The notes below the pieces were generated by a model. That model saw only the letters and a list, made by a program, of their open reading frames with translations, made no database searches and had not been told where the DNA came from. A stretch of 64,000 nt of DNA, from NCBI GenBank assembly GCA_963824995.1, contig CAWGRK010000009.1, positions 1 to 64,000 on the forward strand, read 5' to 3'. A program made the position numbers and the translations under genes. Source of the stretch: an uncultured Actinomycetes bacterium. Lineage in GTDB: Bacteria > Actinomycetota > Acidimicrobiia > Spongiisociales > DATADW01. Within the stretch, counting starts at the first letter, position 1, and every line of letters begins with the position of its first letter. Shown here in pieces: positions 1 to 9,942 of this stretch.

Positions 1-11
1 GGCGTTCTGGA

Positions 12-2343
<2,332 letters not shown>

Positions 2344-2418
2344 GAGTGTCCTTCCATCAGATTTGCAGCTTGCAAGTTACTAATGAAAGCGCACTATTCG
2401 AGACAGGTATTCCCGAGA

Positions 2419-2505
2419 GCGAAGACGGAAGACGGAAGTCGGAAGTGAGAACGACCAGGCAGTTCCCCATTTGTGTCCGCCGTCTGCCGTTGCCGCCTGC
2501 CGTCT
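2419..2505. repeat. Two heptamer tandem arrays in inverted orientation (AGACGGA-type and CCGTCTG-type)
   Basis: gaagacggaagacggaagtcggaagtgaga at 2421-2450 and ccgccgtctgccgttgccgcctgccgtct at about 2477-2505. Confidence 0.7.
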
Positions 2506-2530
2506 AGGTCGCTGCGAAGCAGCGACCGTT

Positions 2531-2552
2531 TGTCACACCCTCCCGATATGTT
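2531..2552 (+). promoter_or_regulatory. PafBC/RecA-NDp-like DNA-damage promoter (TGTCAC-N10-TATGTT), leaderless to ATG 2559
   Basis: tTGTCAC acccTcccga TATGTT has the spacing of the mycobacterial TGTCGG-N10-TANNNT motif; ATG lies 6 nt after the -10. Confidence 0.6.
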
Positions 2553-2558
2553 GTTCCT

Positions 2559-2687
2559 ATGAGCACCGAACGCACGAACACCGAAAACTTGTTCGCTTCG
2601 CAAGGTTTGGAGGCCACCGAGATCTTCTCGGGTGATGCCACGGCGTGCCCGCATTGCGCGGCGGGTGACACTGCGCTCGCCGCCTGA
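2559..2687 (+). CDS. 42-aa leaderless microprotein with CxxC and C-terminal -ALAA
   Basis: Manual translation MSTERTNTENLFASQGLEATEIFSGDATACPHCAAGDTALAA*; ATG sits at the predicted TSS; fills the gap before adnA; below the ORF-track length cutoff. Confidence 0.6.
   Translation: MSTERTNTENLFASQGLEATEIFSGDATACPHCAAGDTALAA
2582..2595. promoter_or_regulatory. Putative LexA (Gram-positive SOS) box CGAAA-ACTT-GTTCG
   Basis: One mismatch to CGAAC-N4-GTTCG; upstream of DNA-repair genes. Confidence 0.45.
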
Positions 2688-2699
2688 ACAGCCAGACGC

Positions 2700-2721
2700 T
2701 GCCGGCCCTCCTACCTACGCT
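2700..2721 (+). promoter_or_regulatory. PafBC/RecA-NDp-like promoter (TGCCGG-N10-TACGCT) of adnA, leaderless
   Basis: One mismatch to TGTCGG-N10-TANNNT; GTG start of adnA 7 nt after the -10. Confidence 0.6.
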
Positions 2722-2728
2722 TGATCCC

Positions 2729-5700
2729 GTGGCCGAGACTGCGAGAGAGTGGCGGGTCGGCCCGAGCGATTGGCCGCAGGCGGTGGCCGATGTCGAGGGC
2801 CCTCAGTTGGTGGTCGCCGGGCCGGGGACCGGGAAGACCGAGTTCCTCGTCCGCCGTGCCCTCCATCTCATACGAAGCGACATCGCTTCGCCCGACCAGG
2901 TCCTCGTGCTCACCTTCTCGCGGCGCGCCGCCGCCGAGTTGGGCCGCCGCATCGTCGGGGGCCTGGAGCGGTCGCATCCGGGCGCAGCCGCTTCGACGTT
3001 CCATTCGTTCAGTTACCGCCTTCTCGAGACCTACGCCCCCACAGCGCTCGGCTGGTCCGATATGCCCTCCCTCCTGACCGGGCCCGAGCAGGTGGCCCTG
3101 GTTGGCGAGCTGTTGCGAAGCGAAAGCCCCGATGGGTGGCCGCCGGCGCTGCGCGGCCTCCTCGGCACCCGGACCTTCGCCGAAGAGGTCACCGATTTCC
3201 TGCTCCGCTCCCGCGAGTTCCTCTTGGACGAAGCTGCACTCTCCGCGAGGTGCGCCGCCAACGAGGACTGGTCGGCACTCCCCTCGTTCGACAAGAAGTA
3301 CCGGAACGAACTGATCGGCCGTGGCCGGATCGACTACGGCACCCTGCTCGAGGCGGCGGTCGAGATCCTCCAGCGACCAGAGGTAAACACCGCGCTGGCC
3401 GAGCAGGACCGATATGTGCTCGTTGACGAGTACCAGGACACGACCACAGCCCAGGCGAGGATGCTGCAACTCCTCACCGCCGTTCACCGCCGGCTCACCG
3501 CAGCAGCCGATCCCTACCAGTCGGTTTACAGCTTCCGCGGCGCCGAACTCCAGAACGTGGCTCGGTTCACCACCGACTTCCGAGACAGTGAGGGGCGGCC
3601 CGCCAAAAGGCTGGTGCTCACCACGTCGTTCAGGGTGCCGGCGGAGATACTGGTTGCTGCCGAGCGGATCACGGCAGGCGGCGAGTTGCCCGGTGCGGCG
3701 GGGCCGGTGACCCCGGCGCCGCATGCCGGGAGGGTCGAGGCGTATCTCTTCGCCCAGCAATCCGAAGAGGCCGAATGGATTGCGCGTGAGGTGAACCGTC
3801 TCCACCTCATGGAGCGGATGCCGTTCGCCGCCATGGCGGTTCTGGTCAGGACGAAGAGGCGGTTCCTCCCCGAGTTGTCGCGCGCCCTCGATCGGAGTGG
3901 CATCCCCCACGATCCGCCCGATGCCCGCCTGGTCGATCAGGCGGCGGTGCGTGTCGTCTTCGATTGCGCCCTCGCCGCCCGCCACCAGAGGTCGTCCGCG
4001 CCCGGCCACGCCGCCGAAGCAGACCGTGCGATGCGACGACTTCTCCTCGGCCCTCTTTTCACGCTCCCTCTGGGGGTGGAGCGCGAGTTGTTGCGGGAAC
4101 GGGTCCGCTCGGGTCTCCCGTGGAGCGATGTCCTCAGGGCGAACCTGCCCGCCGGGGGCGCCCTGGCTGAACTCCTGGACGACCACTCCTGGCTCGACAT
4201 GCAGGCGGCCGAGGGCTTCTGGCACCTCTGGACCACCCTCCCCCAATTCGCCACAGCGGTGACCGACCCCGCCCGACGCGAGGAGAGGTCGGCTTGGGCG
4301 GCGTTCGCCCAGGCGCTGGAGCGGCAGGCGGATCGAGACCCCAAGCTCACCTTCGCCGCATATCTGGACCTCGCCGAGCAGGATGACTTCGAGGCGACGC
4401 CGCTTCTGAGCTATCGGCCCCATGGTGAGGACAGGCTCACCTTGACCACCCTTCATCAAGCGAAGGGACTCGAGTTCGATGTGGTGTTCCTCGCCGATGC
4501 GGTCGAGGGGGTCTTTCCGGACATGAGGCGCAGCCGGTCTCTACTCAGGCCCCATCTGCTCTCACCCGATCGCTCGGATGATCCCGCCGACGTGGTGCGG
4601 TTCCGGCTCCAAGAGGAGATGAGGCTCGCCTATACCGCCATGACCAGGGCGCGAACCCGTGTGGTGTGGACAGCGACCAGGGCTGGAATCGACGAGGGCG
4701 AGCGACGTCCCAGTCGTTTCCTCATCGCTGCCGGCGACCTCGATGACACCGATGCGGCGCTCTCACCTCCCCGACTCGGCCCGATCACGGTTGCCGAGCA
4801 CGAGGCCGTGCTCAGACGTCTTGTGCTCGATCCATCACGGCCTCCGTCGTCCCGCCTCGCGGCCGCTTCGGTGCTGGCCTCGGAGCCGCATTCCGGGATG
4901 CGACCCGCCACCGAGTTCGCCTTCGTCCGTCGTCCCGGGCCAGATACGGGACTGGTCCCGGAGGATCTCAGGCTCTCGCCCTCGCAGGCGGACTCCTACA
5001 GGCAGTGCCCCAGGAGATACGCCTTCGAGCGCCGCCTCGGAGTGGGCAACGAATCGTCGATCTACGCCGCATTCGGCACGCTGATCCACCTGGTACTCGA
5101 GCGGACCGAAGAAGCGGCATTGGAGGCGGGTCTCGCGCACGGGACCGTGGAGAGAGCGATGGAGGAACTCGATCGGCGCCTGGCCCGCCGTGGAGGGGGA
5201 CTTCGGTGCCGCAGCTTTCGCCGAGGCATGGAGGCGGAGGGCCGAGGTGCTGATCGAGTCGATGTACGCCAACTGGATCCGGCCGGGTGACTCGGTCGTC
5301 GCCAACGAGCGCTCGGTGGCACTGCGGATGGACGGAATCGATTGGATGGGGAGGATCGACCGGGTCGAGGCCATCGGACCGGGACGGCTGAGGTTGGTCG
5401 ACTACAAGACTTCAAAGTCTGCGCCGACCTATGGGGATGCCGCCGAGGCACTGCAGCTTGGCTTCTACCTGTTGGCGGCGCAGTCCGACCCGGCGATTTC
5501 CGCACTTGGCGAGCCGGTGGAAGCCGAGTTCTGGTATCCGGCAATTGACTCCCCGAAGAAGATCCGGCCATTCAATCCAGACAAGCTGGAATCAGTCGGT
5601 GCGCTGCTGACCGAGGCCGCCGACGGGATCAAATCTGAGAATTGGGGATACCGCGCCGGCCCCCATTGCCGGACTTGCCGGGTGAGGGTGGTTTGCCCGG

Positions 5701-5735
5701 CATGGCCCGAAGGTCGGGAGGCCTACGCCCGATGA
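2729..5735 (+). CDS. adnA: AdnA-like UvrD-family helicase-nuclease; frameshift near 5190
   Basis: AGPGTGKT, LVDEYQD, DPYQSVYSFRGA, TLHQAKGLEF, EEMRLAYTAMTRA; PD-(D/E)XK nuclease GRIDRV/LVDYKT with C..CxxC-x5-C continues in ORF 5190..5735. Confidence 0.88.
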
Positions 5736-8700
5736 CGAAGGAGTACTCCTTCACCCCGAGCACCGAGCAGGCGACGGTGATCAACCGGCCCATGGAACCG
5801 CTGAGGGTCGATGCCGGAGCAGGGACAGGCAAGACAGCAACGCTCGCCGGCAGGATCGTGCACCTGGTCGAGAGGGGCGAGGTCGAGCCAGAACAGGTGC
5901 TCGGCATCACCTTCACCAACAAGGCGGCGGGCGAGTTGGCGGATCGCATCCGGACCGCCCTGGGAGATGCCGTCGGTCCGGGCCGCGAGGTCGAGGTGCA
6001 CACCTATCACGGCTTTGCCGCCCGTCTTCTCGAGCAATACGGAGCGCTGGTGGGCGTGGAGAGCGATGCGCGGATCGTCACCCCCACATTTGCTCGTCAG
6101 TTGATGGAGGACGCCCTGGCCGGTGGCAGCTACCGGTTGCTCGACCTGACCAACCGTGCCTACACCGTGAACAAGCTCGCCAGGCTGGCCAGCCAACTCG
6201 GCGACAATCTCCTCACCCCCACCATGGCGATCAAGGCCGTTCCTGTCGAGACCGACGACATTTGGGACGAGCGGCGCGAGTTGCTCGAGACACTGGAGCG
6301 GTACTGGAGCGAGAAGACCCGGATGCGGGTGGTCGATTACGCCGACCTGATCGAGAGGGCGGCGAAGCTGGTCGAGGAGCATCCGGAAATCGCCAAGCGG
6401 GTGGCGGACCGCTACCGGGTCGTCCTGCTCGACGAGTACCAGGACACCAACCCGGCGCAGCGGGAGATGCTCCGGGGGTTGTTCGCCGGCGGGTACTCGG
6501 TGACGGCGGTCGGTGACCCAGACCAGACGATCTACGAGTGGCGTGGGGCCTCTCTGGAGAACTTCGCCGGGTTCCCCGGGCACTTCCCGCTCCCGGATGG
6601 CGGCGAGGCGGCGACGCTTCCCCTTACTCTCAACCGCCGCTCGGGGAGCGCCATCCTCGATCTGGCCAACGACGTCAGAGACAAGATCGACGAGCGCGCT
6701 CGAAAGCCGCTCCAGCCGGTGCCGGGGACCCCGCCCGGCGAGATAACCGTGAGTTGGTCGACCAACGCCATCGACGAGGCGGAGAAGATCGCAACCATCA
6801 TGAGATCGCTCCACGACGATGGAATCGCCTGGCGGGACATGGCGGTGCTCTTCCGTAAGAACAAGGACATCGCGATCGTCCACGACGCCCTCGAGGAGCA
6901 TGGGATCCCAGTCGAGGTGGCCAACCTGGGCGGACTGCTCGGCATCCCCGAGGTGGCCGATGTCCACGCCTGGCTACGCATCCTCGGTGACCCCGACGAG
7001 AGCCCCTCCTTGATGAGGATTCTCACGGGTAGCCGCTTCCGGCTGGGATTGGGCGACATCGCCCCATTGGCGCGGTGGGTCCGGGCGCATCGGCCGACTC
7101 CCTCATCCGAGGGCGAGCCCGAGGGACCGCTCCCCCCCGCCGGCTTGCTCGAGGCCGTGGATCATCTCGAGGAGATACAAGGCTTGCGCTCGGGTGCCAT
7201 CGAGTCGATCGGACAGTTCAGAGACCTGTTCCGGGACCTGATTCGGGCCGCTCAGGGTGAGAGCCTGGTCGAGTTGACGCGTCAGATCCTCGACAAGACC
7301 GGCGCCTGGCAGGAGGTCGAGGCGATGACAGACGCCCACAGGCTCTCGGCGCGGCTCAACCTCTACCGGTTCCTCGACCTCGCCGAGGAGTGGTCGCCGC
7401 TCGAGGGCCGTCCCTCGCTTCAGGCATTCCTCGACCACCTCACTTTGATGCTGGAGAACCAGACAGAGGAACTCGACACCGCCCGGCTCAGCGGCGAGGA
7501 CGCAGTGGCGTTGCTCACCGTCCACCGGGCCAAGGGACTCGAGTGGCCGGCCGTGTTCATCCCGGCGCTCTACGAGCGCAACTTCCCCAGCACGTCGGGG
7601 GGCTTCGACGACCCATACAAGTTCGCCTCCCTGCTCCCCTACCAGTTGCTGCTCGACTCCTCTTCACTCCCCCCCATCACCCCCGACATGGCCGAGAGAG
7701 ACCGCTCCAACCTGCTCCGGATCAGGCACGCGGCACAGGAATGGCGCGTCGCATATGTCGCCGTGACCAGGGCCAAACAACGTCTCCACATGAGCGGCGC
7801 CCACTGGTATGGGTCCCCCGAGCCGACCAAGAACTCGGTGAAACCGAGCCCGCTTTTTCTCCTGGGGTGCTCCCACGCCGGCGAAGACGGCACCGAACTG
7901 GTCGGAGCGCCGCCAGAGAGACCTCCCCTGCTCAGATATGACAAGGCCGTCGATGGCGCTCCCGACCCGGTGTTCCCAAATGGTTGGAACGATGGCTTGC
8001 GCGCCGTGATCGACGACAACCGATGGGCGGCAGACCGCGCCGCCGAGTTGGGCGTCACCGCGGCCTTCGACCACGACCTCGAGGAGTTCCAACAACGTCT
8101 CTTCAGGATCCCAGAGCCTGCCGTATCCGATGGACCACCCGGTCCGTCGCAGATGAGCGTCTCGTCGCTCGTCACCTATGCCGAATGCCCGCTCCGCTAC
8201 TACTGGTCGGCTGTCGACCGGCTCCCCCGGCGGCCGTCTGCGGCAGCGCGGCGAGGGGTCGACGTCCACCGGCGAATCGAACTGCACAACATGGGAGCGG
8301 TACCGCTCGACGATCGCGAGATCGACAACTACGACATCACCCCGGCCGACCTCGAGACCGGCGATCGGGCAAGCGACCCCTACGATTCCTTCCGCTCCTC
8401 GCGCTTCGCCACGGCTCGTCCCCTGCTGGTCGAGGCGCCCTTCGATCTCAGACTTGCCGATGGGACCATCGTCCGCGGCCGGATCGACGCGGTGTACGGC
8501 GACGACACCGCATGGGAGGTGGTGGATTTCAAGTCGGGCCGGCCTCGGTCGGACCCCGCCCGCCGCGTCCAACTCCAGGCGTACGCGGTGGCGGTTCGCG
8601 ACGAGGCTGTGGCACTCAAGCCCCCGAGCTCGCTTGCGGTGACCTTCGCCTATCTGGGCGATGGCCTGGTCGAGGTGACCGAGCAGGCCGACGACGAGTG

Positions 8701-8848
8701 GGTTGCCGAGGCGCGCCAGCGCATCGATCTGATCAACAAAGGCATCGCACAGGAGGTGTTCGACCCCATCCCGTCGGAGGCGTGCGCCTACTGCGACTTC
8801 CTCACTTTCTGCGAGGCGGGTCGGGCCTTCATGGCGGAAGCGGAATGA
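5732..8848 (+). CDS. adnB: AdnB-like UvrD-family helicase-nuclease
   Basis: AGAGTGKT, LLDEYQDTN, GDPDQTIYEWRGA, TVHRAKGLEW, YVAVTRAK, GRIDAV..VVDFKSG, CAYCDFLTFC; ATG overlaps the adnA stop (ATGA). Confidence 0.9.
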   Translation: MTKEYSFTPSTEQATVINRPMEPLRVDAGAGTGKTATLAGRIVHLVERGEVEPEQVLGITFTNKAAGELADRIRTALGDAVGPGREVEVHTYHGFAARLLEQYGALVGVESDARIVTPTFARQLMEDALAGGSYRLLDLTNRAYTVNKLARLASQLGDNLLTPTMAIKAVPVETDDIWDERRELLETLERYWSEKTRMRVVDYADLIERAAKLVEEHPEIAKRVADRYRVVLLDEYQDTNPAQREMLRGLFAGGYSVTAVGDPDQTIYEWRGASLENFAGFPGHFPLPDGGEAATLPLTLNRRSGSAILDLANDVRDKIDERARKPLQPVPGTPPGEITVSWSTNAIDEAEKIATIMRSLHDDGIAWRDMAVLFRKNKDIAIVHDALEEHGIPVEVANLGGLLGIPEVADVHAWLRILGDPDESPSLMRILTGSRFRLGLGDIAPLARWVRAHRPTPSSEGEPEGPLPPAGLLEAVDHLEEIQGLRSGAIESIGQFRDLFRDLIRAAQGESLVELTRQILDKTGAWQEVEAMTDAHRLSARLNLYRFLDLAEEWSPLEGRPSLQAFLDHLTLMLENQTEELDTARLSGEDAVALLTVHRAKGLEWPAVFIPALYERNFPSTSGGFDDPYKFASLLPYQLLLDSSSLPPITPDMAERDRSNLLRIRHAAQEWRVAYVAVTRAKQRLHMSGAHWYGSPEPTKNSVKPSPLFLLGCSHAGEDGTELVGAPPERPPLLRYDKAVDGAPDPVFPNGWNDGLRAVIDDNRWAADRAAELGVTAAFDHDLEEFQQRLFRIPEPAVSDGPPGPSQMSVSSLVTYAECPLRYYWSAVDRLPRRPSAAARRGVDVHRRIELHNMGAVPLDDREIDNYDITPADLETGDRASDPYDSFRSSRFATARPLLVEAPFDLRLADGTIVRGRIDAVYGDDTAWEVVDFKSGRPRSDPARRVQLQAYAVAVRDEAVALKPPSSLAVTFAYLGDGLVEVTEQADDEWVAEARQRIDLINKGIAQEVFDPIPSEACAYCDFLTFCEAGRAFMAEAE

Positions 8849-9453
8849 TCATCGTGGCCGCCGCCCTCGCCGGGGCGCTCGCCGGGTCGGCACCGTCGAT
8901 CGCGGTACACCTGACGTACCGCGCCCAGAGCGGAGCACCCGACCGGTCGATCAGACCGATGCTGTGGGCGGCGCTCGAGGTAGCCGGGGGCATGGTCGCC
9001 GCATTCGCCGGACGTCTGATCGCGGGCGACGTCGGCGGCCTGGTGGCCGGGTGCGCGGCGGTGCTCGCCGACATCACCGTGCCTTCGCTCTGGCCGAGGG
9101 AAGACGACCCACGAGCCTCTGCCGGCCCCGGCGGTGGGCTCGGTATGGCGGGCGGTGTCCTCGTCGTGTTGTGGCCAGTCGGAGCCCTGGTGTGGGCTGG
9201 CGCATTGACCCTCACCTACCGGATGACCCACACACTGTCGCGGGCGGTTGTCGCCAGCGCCCTGCTGCTGCTGGCGGTTGTGGCGGTCTGGGGCTGGTTT
9301 GGCCTGGCCAACTTCTGGGGCGTAGACCCCGGTCCCGGTGTGATGCTCGCCGTGCTCACGATGACGATGCTGCTCGGCTTCCGGTTTCTGCGCGACCCTC
9401 GAAGACCCGAGGAGACGACGCCAGACGCGGTCGGTTGGTCTACGCCCGAATAG
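8845..9453 (+). CDS. PlsY-like membrane protein with degenerate motifs
   Basis: Hydrophobic about 200 aa; LAGSAPS and GGGLGMAGGVL resemble PlsY segments; ATGA overlap with adnB. Confidence 0.5.
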   Translation: MIIVAAALAGALAGSAPSIAVHLTYRAQSGAPDRSIRPMLWAALEVAGGMVAAFAGRLIAGDVGGLVAGCAAVLADITVPSLWPREDDPRASAGPGGGLGMAGGVLVVLWPVGALVWAGALTLTYRMTHTLSRAVVASALLLLAVVAVWGWFGLANFWGVDPGPGVMLAVLTMTMLLGFRFLRDPRRPEETTPDAVGWSTPE

Positions 9454-9909
9454 TCACAGGACGCGGCCTTCGCGGACCTCGATCACCAGCGTCACCGGCC
9501 CTTCATTCACCATTCTCAGCCGCATGGTGGCGCCAAAGAGGCCGCTCGATGTGGTGACACCGCGGTGGCTGAGCCCATCCACCACCCCCTCGACGATCCC
9601 GGTTGCATCCTCAGGTTTGGCTGCTGCGTCCCATGACGGGCGCCGGCCCCTCCGCACTGCCCCCAAGAGCGTGAACTGGCTCACCACGAGAGCCGCCCCA
9701 CCGGTGTCGAGCAGGGACAGGTTCATCCTGCCCTGCTCGTCGGACATGATCCTGAGGTTGGCCAGTTTGTCGGCAAGAGCATCGGCGTCGGCGTCGCCGT
9801 CGCCGCGCTCCACGCCCACGAGCACCACAAGACCGGGGCCTATCTCGGCGATCGTCGCCCCGCCGACCTCGACCGCTGCCTCCGAGACGCACTGCACCAC
9901 GGCGCGCAT
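9454..9909 (-). CDS. dtd: D-aminoacyl-tRNA deacylase
   Basis: MRAVVQCVSEA, KLANLRI, SQFTL, NEGPVT motifs. Confidence 0.95.
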   Translation of the reverse strand: MRAVVQCVSEAAVEVGGATIAEIGPGLVVLVGVERGDGDADADALADKLANLRIMSDEQGRMNLSLLDTGGAALVVSQFTLLGAVRRGRRPSWDAAAKPEDATGIVEGVVDGLSHRGVTTSSGLFGATMRLRMVNEGPVTLVIEVREGRVL

Positions 9910-9942
9910 GGTGCGATGTTGCCACCGGCATACACTCATCGC

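Noticed and set aside
2363..2402. HspR (HAIR) operator upstream of lon; also a TTGCA-gct-TGCAA palindrome
   Set aside because: Best HAIR alignment matches only 8 of 14 positions; the 5-bp palindrome is too short to assign
2500..2720. tmRNA gene, suggested by the ORF ending in ALAA*
   Set aside because: No tRNA-like 5' GGGG end or 3' T-arm/CCA is visible, the space is too short, and the ORF has its own ATG and promoter
2711..4459. Long antisense and alternate-frame ORFs (e.g. 2711..4459 -, 35415..37103 +, 21766..23202 +)
   Set aside because: Shadow ORFs expected in high-GC DNA; Arg/Pro/Ser-rich or mirror translations with no motifs, overlapping well-supported genes
5000..8848. Cas4 or anti-phage nuclease-helicase
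   Set aside because: The four-Cys PD-(D/E)XK domains are fused to tandem UvrD helicases in the standard AdnAB arrangement
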